A DNA stretch of 64,000 nt from Vitrella brassicaformis CCMP3155 (GCA_001179505.1 CDMY01000302.1:62001-126000); one strand, 5' to 3'. Positions 24,417 through 37,860 are shown, counted from the stretch's first letter. Numbers and translations: made by a program. The notes: generated by a model not told the origin, from the letters alone.

Positions 24417-27400
24417 TGTGTCTTGAAATAAAGGGTCGTGCTTTCTCCGTGCTGATGATCGCCGGCGGCATCGCCGCCTTCAGCATATCCACACGCGCAC
24501 TTGTGGAGGCATTCAGGTCCGTACATACAAACACACACACGCTCAGACGGAAGAGAACGCTTTCACGTGTGATTGGGACGCATGCAGGGTGAACCAGCTT
24601 GGCCATGGGACGTACTCGCCCAAGAAGCGGTTCAAACACATTGTGGTCACGGGCAACCCCACCGTCAACATGTGCAAGGCACGTCTACGCACACAAACAT
24701 CAGTGTCTCTCTCTACCTCCACACATGTGTGTCTCTCTCTATTGGTGTGTGTGTGTGCGTAGGATTTCATCACCGAGCTCTACCATCCGGTGCGGGCATT
24801 GGTTGCATTCGTGTGTGTGCACACCACACACATGGGATGGGACCGGGTGTCACATATATGTCATCGCAGGACCACTCGGAGGAGTCAGCGCTTATCGACG
24901 TGATATTCCTCCTGTCGGGCGGCGAGAAGAGGGGCAGCTACGGTACCTAGTTCACACACAGACGAACACACACACACGTGTGTGTATGTGTGTGTGTGTG
25001 TGTATAGGTATGGCTGTGCTCGAGTCGCTCAACAATTGGCTTCGTCACCGCAGCAACAGACACCTCGCAGAGCGGGTCAACCTGCTGCAGGTCACACACA
25101 CACACACAGAGGGAGAGAAAGAGAGAGAAAGATGAGTGTGTGTGTGCGTGTGTGTGTGGTTCCCTCTATGGGCAGGGATCCATCCTTGAGGTAACCTTGT
25201 CTACTATTTTTTGTCTCCCACTTCCGAATGAACAATGCGTGTCTCTTTTTCGCTCATGGTTGAATCACTGACTAATCAGCCATCCGACTTCTGGCGGTCT
25301 GCGGCTCCCTCGAGCACCGCCATCGTCATAATCGCAAACCTCTACTCACGGGAGTCAGAGCCAGCATGCAGTCCCATATATATATGGCTGATATACATGT
25401 ACGCCTTTGTATATCTGTGTGTGTGCAGTCCGAACGTGGAAGACTCGGAGAATGTCGTGAGGGTGCTGAGCGTCAAGCAAAGGTTGCCCGATGTGCGTGT
25501 CATGTGTCTGCTCAACAAAGCGCAAAACTACTCCCTGCTCAAGACGGCTGGTAGACCACACGGATGACACACACGGAGAGAGAGAGAGAGAGAGAGAGAA
25601 GGAGAGAGAGACACGCACACAAGTTGCTGTTGTGTGTTCATTTCACAAAGACTTGACCAGAAGGGATGTGGTGTGCCTCGATGAGTTCAAGCTGCAGGTC
25701 ATCTCTAAGGGATGCGTCGTGCCAGGTGGGTGAGAAGTATGGGTGGGGCAGACAGTCCAGTCCTCACACACAAACACACACGCAACGCGATCGATGCAGG
25801 CTTCTCGGCGCTGATATGCAACCTGGTCAAGTCGATCAGCGACGACGAGATCGGCAGGGAGGGCGACCCACAATGGCTGCAGGTCGGCAGGCACATGACT
25901 GCTGTGCTGCGCACAATGGGTGTGTGGGGTGTGTGTGTCAAAAGGAATACGACAAAGGCATCACGAACGAACTGTACGAGCTCCCTTTGTCTCGCGCATA
26001 CGTCGGATGGCAATTCCAGGCACGTCAGCCCCATCCACATCATCCCCTCAGTGTGAATGTGCCTCACGTATCTGTGTGTGTGTGTGTGTGTGTTTGCACA
26101 GGATGTCTTTATCGACATATTGCAGCGCAGCTCCGGGCGGTCCGTGCACCTCATCGGATTCAGAGTGAGCTTATGAGCCAGGAACAAACACCCACACGGA
26201 CATGTGTGTGCATGGTCAATGCAGTACCCATCGTGGTATCGCGCGCCGCCAGAGGAGACACAACAGTGAGACACCATTCTATGCACACGCACACACACAC
26301 ACAGACACACATCCATGCAAGTGCTTGCAGGCCTGACGACAACCAAAACAGCTCGACAAGGGGGTCCATCGGGGCATGGTCTCTCGCAGGTCCGTGTTCA
26401 TGTCGATGCTGTCTACACACATGCATTGAATCTCTTAGTGTGTATTGTGAGCAGGGTCGCTGAACATGTCGATGAAGCGGCAGCACACCCGCTGGGGCGA
26501 CTGGGGACTCAACGCGCCTGACGGACACGTAATCAAGGACAGAATGCACCTGTATTCTGTGTGTGCGTCTGTGTGTGTATGTCATGTGTAGGCCACTGCC
26601 ATCTCTCCCTTCCACACGACGATGACCAACATCAAAGACAGCAGCAGCAAGGCCGTTGCAGGAGAGCCTAACAGCAACAGCAAAGACGACCCCACAGCCA
26701 AAGAGATCCCCCCCATCATCTTCTTCCCCGGCAGCGCCTTCCCCATCCCTCCACCCACACACGCAAACACACAGGCAGAGGCAGTCGACAACGCCGTCTC
26801 CGTCAGTCGACAGCCGAGCTGGTCAAACACAGGTAGGCGCCAAAAGACAAAAGACAGAACGTCAAAAGACTCTCTCTCTCTCTCTCTCTGCCTGTGTGTG
26901 CGTGCATGCTCATAGATTCGTCTCGCGTCAGCGGTGATGAGACGCCCGTCCCCGCACTTTCGCCGAGAGGCGACGACAAGCGTCCCGTCCTCCGGAGACA
27001 GCGCACGCAGAGCATCACCATGCGCATGTTCCGGGCTTTCATTAGGGGCGGGTCGACCACCATGCACGAGGGTACCCAATGCATCCACACACACCACACA
27101 CATTGGGTGTGTGGATGTCTTGTCAGCTCAAGTCGGCTCGCCCGACCCCACGAGCAGAGAGGCTTTCAACCCCAAGACGTCACCCAGAGGTGCGTACGCG
27201 CATCTCTGCAGAGACACACGAAGACACCAAGATTCACACGTGTTTCTGTGCTGTCGCTTTGTGGTGTTCAATGTGCATGTGTAGGAATAGGTGAGATGAC
27301 GGAGAGGGATGGAGAGAAGCCGACCCAAGAGGCAGACAGCGACGACAACAAGACGCCCTTGGGCGTCGGCATGATATACGGCATCTTCATTGCCGGGGTG

Positions 27401-30400
27401 GGCTGTTAGCTGACATTCACATATTGGACAGTGGGTGAGTTTGTCTGTCTGTCTGTCTATCTGTAGGATCGCGAAGCCATCGTGCAGAAGCCTGAAGACG
27501 AGATAGAGGTTGCGGCACAGACAGAGGAGTCCCCCGCCCCTAAGATCGTCAACAAAGGCATGCATCCCTCAGCCATTCATTCACTGCCCACTGTCTCCGC
27601 GTGTATGTGCAGGGTCGATCCTCAAAGTGGCGCAGACCCTCATCCACAAATCAGCCAAGAGACGATCCGAATCCAACGAAGCCGATCACCGGACAGATCC
27701 ACCACAACCAGACACAGAGCCACCACAACCAGCACCCCTCCCTGGTGCAGTCTCTGCCCCCTCCCCCTCCCCAGCACCACAACCAGCACCACTGAGGCAT
27801 CAGCAGAGCATACCCCTCTCCACCTGCAGCAAGAGATCTTCTTTCGCGGACCCACTCCCCCCTCAGCTGCCACCAGCTCTGCCCTCTCCCCCTCTCCCGT
27901 CAGACGACCCCCATCTCGACACGCCATTCGTCCACTCCGTCACCCAGAAGCAGCCTATCAACCTTGCAGAGGCGTTCCTCAAGCGAGCGGAGAGCGGCGA
28001 TGGTCCCCTTGACCGTCCCAGACTGAGCGTGCCCAGCGTCCCCGCCGTTGCTGACGATAACGCAGCCGAGACAGCAGAGAACAACGATGAGTCTGCTCTC
28101 ACGTTCAGGGGCCAGCAGGTACACCCTGCTCCTGCCTGGCTGGTGGCCAACCGGCGGCTGCTAAAGCGCAAGAAGTCGAGCTTCATCATGGAGAAGGGGC
28201 TTGAGAACTGTTCGCTCGAAGAGCTCTTCCTGACGCGGCTGCACTCCCTGAAGGAGATCGGCAGAGCTCCACAGGCCCCGCCGTTTGAGTGTCTCGTCAA
28301 CGGGGGACACATTTTGCTTTGCTGGACGCCGGGCAATGACGATTCAGGGTGGCTGGGGCTGGAATACTTGTGAGCAGCCACATGCCCTCATCAGCCTTAT
28401 GTGCATGGGGCATCTGTCTGTGTGTGTGTTGTGGTGGTCAGTTTGCGGCCGCTCCGTCTGGCTGCGCGTCAGGGGCAAGGGACGGATAACGCTGTCGAGA
28501 CGAATTCCGACGTGCCCTTCATGCCGCCCATGAAACAGCGCAGCCAAGACATGCTACACTCGTGAGAGAGACATTTAATCTACCCTTTCATTTACACGCA
28601 GACAGGGATACACAGAGCTTTGTCTGCAGAACTCCTGATCGCTCCAGGACAGCCACGTTCGGCCGCTCGCGGCGTGTGAGCATCAGTGTGGACGCGCTGA
28701 GCAGCACTCAAACCAAGGAGAGGAGGGGCAGCAACCTTAGTCTCGGCGGTGGCCTCAGCAGCACGGTCAACGGAGGGCTGCTGCCCGTGGTTGTGCTCGG
28801 TATGTGCACAGGCATAGAGAGACAGAGGTGCATTGTGTGTGGTGTGGATCAGTGCCCATCATCCCGCGGGATTGGTGTCTGGTTGCGGACGACCCGATGT
28901 TGTTCTACGTCGAGGGCAGCAGCACCAACCTCTTCGACCTGGAGCGATGCGCTTTCCGGCGCGCAAAGGCCATCGTCGTGCAAGCAAACCCCAGCAGTCA
29001 GTCCGACACCTCCGCACACACATATGAGATGAGGAACAGCAGTGTGGGTGTGCTGTGCGTGGGTGCGCAGGCGAGGCAGTGAACGACCCTTACATGATGG
29101 ACGCGTCGACGGTGTTCTCTGTCCGGCTGGTGGAGGGACACCTCACTGACAAGTCACTGCTGGCCAGCCTCCCCGGCAAATCCAGCAGGTGCGTCCGTGC
29201 GTCTGAGAGAGTCTCTCTGCATGTGTGTGGGATGCATTGGCAGGCCGCCGTCCCCGACAAGTCAGCCGGAGGAGGGCAGCCTGCTGACGCGCACCATGGA
29301 CCTGCTGCCGTGCTTCCCTCTGGTCATTGCCGAGCTGGTCTACGACGGTATACATGACAAACAATCGGTCGGCACACGTGTCTCTTGTCCAGTAGTCTCT
29401 TGCTGTGCGTGATGGGTGCATATGCAGGCAATGTCGCCTTCATTGCCCGCGATCGAGACGTAAGCACACATGGACGCCTTTCTCCCATCCGATGAATCTC
29501 TCTCTCTCTCTCTCTCTGTGTATGTGTGTGTCAGAACCAGCTTGCCAACGAGGCAGCTGACGTAGGCGGCCAGTCACAAAGCGCAGAAGCGGCCGCAGAG
29601 AGAGAGGGAGATGACACGCCGCACGACAGCAGAAGAAGAGCACACATCAACAAAGACGATGGCCACGACATCTCTGACCAAGAGGGCAGCGAGAGCAGCA
29701 GGTACACGCCACTGCACCACCCAGAGGCAGCCCCAGACCCCGCCACAACACTTGAGGACACCAACGGCGCCAACCCGAGACGCACCAGCTTCGCAGCCAT
29801 GTTCGGCCACTTTCTCGGCGGCCAGCACCACCACCAGCACAGCCTAAGACGGTCATTCATCCGATATTCCATGCCAGCCATCGATGAGCAACACCAACAG
29901 CACCAGCAAGAGCATCAAGAGCAGCAGAGCGACTCGAGAAGAGGCAGCACCCGAGTCAACCGCCACTCGACGCAGGCCATCCCGTCAGCTGCACCGATCA
30001 AGCGGACCTCTGTTGACCGAAGGAAGGCGAGCACTGAGCAGAGGAGGCAGTCGATGTCGATCCTCGACGTCCTCGTGTCGCCCCGCAAACGCACGAGAGC
30101 GTCCTCTGCAGCTATATCGCCCATCATGGAGCCACCGACAGCCAGCAGCAGCAAGGAGAGGAAGTTCGCGCGAATGACGTCGCGCGAGTCCAACAGGCGG
30201 ATCTCTGACCGATCCACACAGCCCCTGAGCAACACTAGCAACGCCAGCAAACAGGTGAATTTGCGGGCAGTGTGGCCACACACGAGCCTGAGAGAGGAGG
30301 GCGGCGAGGCCCGTCAGGCTATCATCAGGGCGAGTCTCTCTATGGTTTCGGCCCTCTCGCCAGCGGCGGGGGGTATGGCGAGCTTCAGGGAGAGAACGAG

Positions 30401-32452
30401 TGAGCAGCAGAGACACACCTATCTCTCTCTCTCTCTCTCTTTCTTTCTCTTCGTCTCTTCGTTGGTGTGTGCCATGACGGTTGATGTCGTGTCGGTATGG
30501 CATCAGGTATATGCAGGAGGGTCTGCTGATGGCGGACTACCCGCTGACGTTGGGCCACTCGCCTTACCACAGGGAGTACTACAGACATCCCCGATACTCA
30601 TCGGGGGAACTCTTCGTGTACGAGCGAACGAGTGCTTAAGACACCCATCCATCCACACGTGTGTGGATTGTTGCCGTGTGGCTGTCAATCAGGTCGTGTG
30701 TGACATCGTCACTGATAGTGAACGCCTTGTTCAATCCCTCCCTGCCACTGCTGGTCAGGGAGATGGTCGCTAGCAGAATTCTGGTCAGTCCCTCAGACAC
30801 ACACGGTTGTACGCAGACGTGCAATCTGCACCGACCTGTGTGCAGGTGTTGTCGGTGCCTGCTTCCTTTGCTGGGAGACAGTATGAGGGGCTCGTCAAAC
30901 ACTTTCTCGACGAGCGGGTCAGGCGCCATATGCACAGTGATACATGAGACATGATACACACGTTAACTGCGAGAACTGTGCGTGTGAAATGTGTGCAGGA
31001 TTTGCTTCCGATCGTCTTGTATCGCTCTGCCTTTGTGGACCCTGCTCTCTCGCCATTGCTCGAAAACAGCGCACTCAGCAACAAGGTGGGCACGTCATCC
31101 GTCAATGTACAGAAACGTACACAAGACTGGATGGATGGATGGATGTCTGTGTGCAGGTGGTGCCTGCGTCCAGTGCCCCTGATGCAGCTTCACAGACGCC
31201 CTTTCTGAGACGGCTCAAGACCGTGGGCAACTTGCTGGGTACGTATAGACGGACACGCGCATTCATTCATCCCTCTATCAACGTGTGCACATACATGACA
31301 TGCAGGCAACGCCACGCCTCCAGCCCCCTCCCACTCCTTCACATGCCGCACACACGCCGGCAACTTCACCAGACGGTCTGCGTCATCCCTCGGCACCGAT
31401 GACGACGACAAGCCAGGTACCCACTCGCATGCACAGACATATACAGACACATACAGACACGTGAATTCCTGTGCGGCTGTCACGCCATGCAACGCAGAGG
31501 GGGACGAGGGTCAGGCTGCCCCCTATTCCTTTGCTGAGTTGCGCAAGAAGCGACGGAGCAGATCGCTCGCCCCTGAAGCAGTGCACAAGGGTATGGTATA
31601 AATGAGCGTGCCTGTTCCTCCGTACGTATGTCTGCTGTCGTGCAGGGGCTGAGACGGATGGCGCCACCACGCCCGGAGGACGGTGCGCTCGTCCGTGTGT
31701 GTATATCAAATACCCATGTATACGTGTGTGTATATTTGTGCACAGGCCGGCCCACCCGTCCCGGCGCAAGTCGTTCCTGCGTCGGCTCTCCCTCGCACTG
31801 AGAATCGGCAAGAGCGACAGCATCGTCACCGAAGGGCAAGCAGCAGCCGCACATACACACAGAGAGAGAGACAGACAAATTTGTACACCCACGCGTGTGA
31901 ATTGCACTGCACATACATACAGGCAAAAGCGGGGGTCAGAACAAGTAGAGACACCACCCCTCGTAAGCGTGCCGAGCGACGCCTACAGAAAAGAGAGACA
32001 CGAGAGTATCGGTGTATTTGTGGCAACAGGTGACGGCCGCGTCTAGCCGTACTGCGGTGCTGAGAAAGCGGAAGAAGGGGAGGAAGGCGGTCGACAAGAA
32101 ATATCCCGTCCGCGAGCCGCTCACCGCCATTCAGAGAAATGGCGGGTCCAAGAACCTCAGAATGCAAAAGTCAGCCATCTATGAAGCCACGAAGCCATCG
32201 ATCAGACACACACACATTGAGTATGTCTGGTTTAGGTGGGTGTTGGTAGCACCGGCAGCGTCCACAACGATCGGCGCTCTCGATCAGGTGGGCATCGTCA
32301 TTCGTGCCGATGTGCAGCACATCGTTTCCTTTATGTGTGTGTGTGCAGGTCATTTGCTTCTCGCCGCGAGCGAATTTGCATCTGTAGTAGTAGTTGGTGC
32401 ACCCATTCACGCACAGACGGGTAGATTCGCTGCGTACGTATGTGCAAAGTAG
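22355..32452 (+). CDS. Slo/BK-like K+ channel with two RCK domains and long low-complexity inserts; 3' end uncertain
   Basis: The pore VTISTVGYGDVFP lies at 24264-24302, followed by S6 GRAFSVLMIAGGIAAF. RCK1 includes KHIVVTGN, AIVIIAN, EDSENVVRVLSVK, VVCLDEFKLQVISKGCVVPGFSALICNL and EYDKGITNELY. RCK2 includes LPVVVL, FYVEGSSTNLFDLERCAF and VIAELVYDGNVAF. Confidence 0.9.
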
Positions 32453-32559
32453 CTGGGCACCCACGTGAGTGACAACGACGTGTGTGTTTCGGATTGTGTT
32501 TGCGTTCACTCGCCGGCTCGCTGGCCGGCCATTGTAGAAAGGGGAACAACAATGTAGCT

Positions 32560-34825
32560 AGCGCTTCGTGAGTCCATCCATGGTTCCAAACACTCTTGAC
32601 TCTCTCATTGTCTGACCCATGCATGCGCCTGAATACATGAATCTTCGCTCACGTGCTTGCTGGCGTGTCTCGTGTGCGAATGGACGCAAAAATCGACGTG
32701 ATATAAAATGTAGACAGCAATTTCTTTGCATCGTGCTTCCCTCTTGGCAAGATCGTGACACAGCTGGGGCGCTTTGACCTCGCCGTATTGGTCCCGCAGC
32801 TCCCGCAGCTCCGTGATGGGCATGCGTGAGTGCGGGACACGGCCAGGGGCGAGCGGCGCCCTCAGCTTGCCCTCGTTATACTCGCGGACGTTCAGGGGGC
32901 CGGGGGGGATACCAACAACTGCATGCACCGAGAGAGAGGAAGGGAGATGCAGTTGGTGTGATGGATCACCCCGCCGCCCATTCTCATGCGCATGGATGTA
33001 TGTATATAGATACCTGGTCGGGCGGCGCCGGACGAGAGGCGGTCCCAATACTGGTGGCCCAGCGTCTCGCGGATGACCGTCTTGTTGATCTCAATCAGGG
33101 GCTGCATGAACTGCCAACAAGACAGCAGGCCTTCCTCCTTGTCTCCCTGTCTGCCGTGTGATTGTCTGTCCTTAAATACCTCATCTCTCGTGGTCGACAG
33201 CACCGGGCCGTGGAGTGTGGCGAGGGTCTCGTCAACGATCAAGTTGACGGCGTCATGGGGCATGGTGCATTTCACCGACAACTCGTCCACCACTGCACAC
33301 ACATCCACAGAGGGAGGATGGATGGGTGGCGTGCGTGTGCGTGTGCGTGAGCGTGTGCGTGTGCGTGTGCGTGTGTGTGTGTGCGTTTGTATGTGACCTT
33401 GTTGAGGTCGTTCTGGTGTTTCTCGACCAGCGCGAGGGCGTCGGGCAGATTGGCGACCAACCGTGGGCAGTTTCCCCCGCCGTTGATGAGGGCCGCCGCA
33501 CAGAGCCCGCCTGCATGAACACGCAATGCAGGCACAACACAGGCGTGTGTGATGTTGTTATGTTTTCTCGTGATGTGTGTGTACCGAGGGAGAGCCCACA
33601 CCATCTCGGGGTTGACAACGTCACCGATGCCGTTGGCAGGCTGGATGGCTATCTGAGTGAGTGAGAGCCACACACGTAGGGACATATAGATGATGAGTGG
33701 GTGTGGGTGTGGGTGTGGGTGACGGGTGTGTGTGGGGGGGGGGGGGGTTACATGTANNNNNNNNNNNNNNNNNNNNNNNNNNNNNNNNNNNNNNNNNNNN
33801 NNNNNNNNNNNNNNNNNNNNNNNNNNNNNNNNNNNNNNNNNNNNNNNNNNNNNNNNNNNNNNNNNNNNNNNNNNNNNNNNNNNNNNNNNNNNNNNNNNNN
33901 NNNNNNNNNNNNNNNNNNNNNNNNNNNNNNNNNNNNNNNNNNNNNNNNNNNNNNNNNNNNNNNNNNNNNNNNNNNNNNNNNNNNNNNNNNNNNNNNNNNN
34001 NNNNNNNNNNNNNNNNNNNNNNNNNNNNNNNNNNNNNNNNNNNNNNNNNNNNNNNNGGGGGGGGGGGGGGTTACATGTACTGACGATGATGCGGATGATG
34101 ATGCCCCAGAGCCACACGTACCACTGCCCCTCGTACTTCTTGATTATGAATATTAGGATACAGCTGCACACACCACCCACACCACCCACACCACATACAC
34201 CACCCACCCACCCACACACACACACACACATACGATGGACGGTCTGCGAGTCTCTGTGTCTCCGTGTGTGGGCTCACATGATATCGCACGCCGCGATCAG
34301 ATGCATCTTGTCGGTTCTCCTGGCCGCTCGGATGGCCCTCGATACACACTCCAAGGCGGAGTTGTTGGCGGCAAAGTTCAGCAGCAGCTCCTCGGCCTTG
34401 CCCTCCAGCCACTGATTGATGGATGGCACACGACACATTGCAGGTGTGTGCGCGTTGCGTGTGTGTGTCGTGCATGTCATTTGTGTTTGTGCGTACGTCT
34501 AGCAGCTCGTAGAAGTGTTTGTATTTGTGTGGTCGAATGGCCCAGAGGAACTCTCTCTCGCTCTTAAGCAGCAGCTTCATGATGTCTGGGGCGGCCGTCT
34601 ATCAGCGCCAGCTGCACACACACAGTAGAACACAGCACGACAGACACATCAGAGAATGGATGCCCCATGGGTGTGTGTGCGTGTGCGTGTCTGCACTCAC
34701 GGCAGAGTGGCAGTCCTTGGGGAAGAAGCCCTTCATTAGCCGGTAGTAGAAGTCGGGGAACGAGTCGTAAATGTTCTTGAAGTGGCGTACCAGCCCATCG
34801 TACTTAAAGCAATGCGAGTCCAGCT

Positions 34826-34856
<31 letters not shown>

Positions 34857-35226
34857 GAGCACATGCATGCAGACTCGAATCCTCCTTGCATGGACAGATA
34901 CCTGGGACAGATATACGCGTACCTGCAGGATGGTCTGCGCATCGAGGCTGTCTGCGTATCTCTCCCACACCGTCACGCCCTCCTCCTTTGCCCCAATACT
35001 CGCAAAAAAAAAAGGGATCTATGCAAGAACCCTTCTCACGGCCGAAGGCCGCCCTCTTCCCCTCCTCGTCCCTCTCCTCCTCCATGCTGGCAATGGTCGC
35101 CCTCAGCTCGGCGTTCTCGGCGTTGAGCCGCTCGCTAAATTGCCGCTCCTTCTCAAGGAGCCGCTCGAGCTCAGCGACGCGCTCTTTTAATCTGGCGACG
35201 GTCAGCCGCCTGTCCGCCATATCCAT
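32560..35226 (-). pseudogene. Uncharacterised multi-exon family (N-terminal coiled coil, LDSHCFKYDGLVRHFKN, one TM segment), copy 1, frameshifted
   Basis: Aligns exon by exon with 37890-40045. An A10 run at 35004-35013 gives +1 relative to the paralogue, and there is a further indel near 34600. It spans the second N-gap. Confidence 0.6.
33757..34056. other. Assembly gap (300 N), probably an overlap artefact
   Basis: The same poly-G+ttacatgta sequence is present on both sides of the gap. Confidence 0.85.
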
Positions 35227-35589
35227 CTCTCTCCCTCTTTCTGTCGTGGACTGGGCAGCGGGCACGATTGCCGTCGTCGAAACCACACAAAAGCAGGTCC
35301 TCAAGCGCAGGCGGCAGACAATGTCGTCGCAGCCCACGGATTTTGCATCGCGAGCATAGCCGTGCAGTGCGCTTTCAATACCTGAGCAAACACACACGCA
35401 CAGCGCCCTCTTCCAATCCTCCTCTTTTACTTGAGTCTCCGTGGCGGCAATGGTACATTGCCGTTCCTTGTCAAGAAGCCGCCGCTCTAACCTCCTCTAC
35501 ATCGACATCAAGACAAGACACATAGTATAGTAGAGTGGAGGGACATGCACATCCTTCTACCTTGTTGTGCCCACCCACCCAAGCCGAGC

Positions 35590-35900
35590 CGCTCTTGCCG
35601 GCCTTGAGCACGCCCACAGGCACTGTGACGATGGCCTTGGTGGTGACCTTGACATGGCCGCTGCCATCCTCATGTAGCTGTGAATACCACGCCGGCAATC
35701 GGCACGACCAACATCCCGTCTGCAGACACAGCACACAATAGGCATACACGTGGCTGCATGTCTCCCTCCTGTCTGACCATACGTCTATCGGCTGTCCGAT
35801 GAGAAGGTACAGGCAAGCGTTGTATGAAAGGAGTCTTGGAAATATAAAACGTAGGCACCGATTCATCTGATCAAGAAAATTGTGTGTGACAATATATGCT
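35590..35900 (-). pseudogene. Orphan exons with a flavin amine-oxidase-like motif (IVTVPVGVLKAG); degenerate paralogue at about 41020-41320
   Basis: The exon starting at 35719 reads TGCWSCRLPAWYSQLHEDGSGHVKVTTKAIVTVPVGVLKAG. No GxGxxG Rossmann start was found nearby. Confidence 0.35.
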
Positions 35901-36284
35901 GTGTCTGTCTGTCTCCCTGCATCTCTGTCCCGTCCGGTACCAATGGCATCTGAGGCTGTAGCTGTGGTCGATAAGCGAGCGGTACGCCATCTATCTCTTG
36001 CCCATCCTAGCGTAAGCAAAAGAAAAAAAATGAGCGAGTCAGCAGGCGTAAAGGGAGAGAGGGAGGCTTGCTGCAAGTGTCTGTGTACTACCTTGTTTCT
36101 TCCTCGTGTCGATGATAACACCGCTCTCTGCCTCCACGACATTGACGTCCTTACGGGCTGCTTCAATGACAACAACGACATCGCCAGCCGACACCACTAA
36201 CAAGCCGACTCCCATGAGAACGACGCCCCCACCATGGCCACCAGCGACAGACCCAACCCGATCCCCTCTACCTGGCGTCCCTCT

Positions 36285-36448
36285 TGCTGAGGTCATGGCA
36301 CAGCTGGGGCGCCCTCAGCTTCTCTACTCGCTCTTGAGCTTGCGCAGCTCGCCGATCCCCATCCTTGGGGTAGCGGGCCGGGGCCAGGGGGGCGCGCAGC
36401 TTGCCGTACTGGCTGACGTTCAGTCTGCCTGTCGGGATCCCAACTCCT
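36285..36448 (-). pseudogene. Second copy of the GIP.G.LNV..Y.GKLRAPLAP...APQLCHDL exon (paralogue 32760-32915)
   Basis: GVGIPTGRLNVSQYGKLRAPLAPARYP...RAPQLCHDLSKRDAR versus VVGIPPGPLNVREYNEGKLRAPLAPGRVP...KAPQLCHDLAKREAR. Confidence 0.75.
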
Positions 36449-36519
36449 GCAGACAGACAGACAGACAGACAGAAAGGAGAGGCCGCCGTATATCCATCCA
36501 TCTCGCATGTGTACCTGCG

Positions 36520-36635
36520 CCTCTCTTCTGTGATGTCTTTTGCCCGCTCGATCGCCACGCCGATTGCGAGGTACACGCACAGATACAAATAGTACGCCCA
36601 GTAAGGGTAGAAGAACAGGTCAGCCCCAACCTGCC

Positions 36636-36667
<32 letters not shown>

Positions 36668-37860
36668 CGAGAGGCAATCGATGGCTGTCCGAAATCATGT
36701 ACGACGTGTGTATGACATGGCTCTCACCGCCAAGCGTCCCACACACGCAGTTCATGGCCGTTGACGCAGGAATCACCTCGGTGGCCCGCCCCGTGTGTCT
36801 CATCCCGTCGTGGGTGAAATACAGCTGCACCACACACACACACACACACGGAGACACGCACACACGAATGAACGCACACAAAGACGGGGTACGAGCGCGT
36901 CATTTATTGAGAGGCTACGTACCTGCAGCAGGCCGGAGGATATACAAATGAACTGCGCCCAAATCAGCGGCCCGTACTGGATGTCGCCTTGCATGAGAAG
37001 CTGCACAGAGGAGAGAAAAGCATATCTCTTCAGGTGCAGATGCAGGCCAGTGCCATGAGTGCATTATCTCACCTCCAACGCCTGTTTGGCTTGCAGGCCC
37101 ACCTGACATCCCCAAATACCGACCGACAGGCCGTACATCACTCCTGTACCACACGAACAAACGTACAGGAGACAGACGTCTCCTGTGTGTGGACGCACCC
37201 ACCCCAGAGCCTTGTGAAATAGAGTACGTTCTGTCCTTTGCTCTCAACCGCTCTTCTGATGAACCACACAAGCACACACACATATACACACGAGAGGCAA
37301 TCGATGGCTGTCTGTATTCATGCCCGGTGCTCTGTGGTGTGCTGCCGTGCGTACGCGTACGTGGTATTGGTGTGGTTTGTGCGCATACAATGGAGCCAGT
37401 GAAGTCAGCCATATGCCTATGATGGTGCCGATGATGACCGAGATGTCGCGCAGGGGCTGAAGCTTCTCCTCACCAGGGAATAGGCACTGACAGACCCATG
37501 CAACCGAAAACCACACACAGACACCCATCCACCCACCCACCCACTCATCCATCCATCCATCCATTTCCCTCTTTGTGTGTGTATCTGCTCACGCAGCCGA
37601 GGCATGGCACTGTGGCTAGGGCGGCGGCATTCGTCGGGTACACCAGAGATGCAGGCGCGACGGCGAAGGCGCAGAAGTGGATGAAGTTCCCGGCCACAAG
37701 AAAACACCGCCCCAGGCACTGGACGCACTCATTGTCGCACCGAGTCAAATGGATGCCGAAATTGGCCACTACGCCGCCCAGGAAGCTGAGGAGGCCTCCA
37801 ACGGTGTAAGCCACTGCCGGCGTTGGTCGATAAAGAGGCTTGGAAATATAAAATGTAGGC
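36520..37860 (-). pseudogene. NIPA/DMT-family (Mg2+ transporter-like) membrane protein, degenerate
   Basis: YTVGGLLSFLGGVVANFGIHL, AGNFIHFCAFAVAPASLVYPTNAAAL, EKLQPLRDISVIIGTIIG, MYGLSVGIWGCQVGLQAK, QLYFTHDGMRH..EVIPAS and VGADLFF occur in the order expected for NIPA helices. Some segments contain stops or frame changes. Confidence 0.6.
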
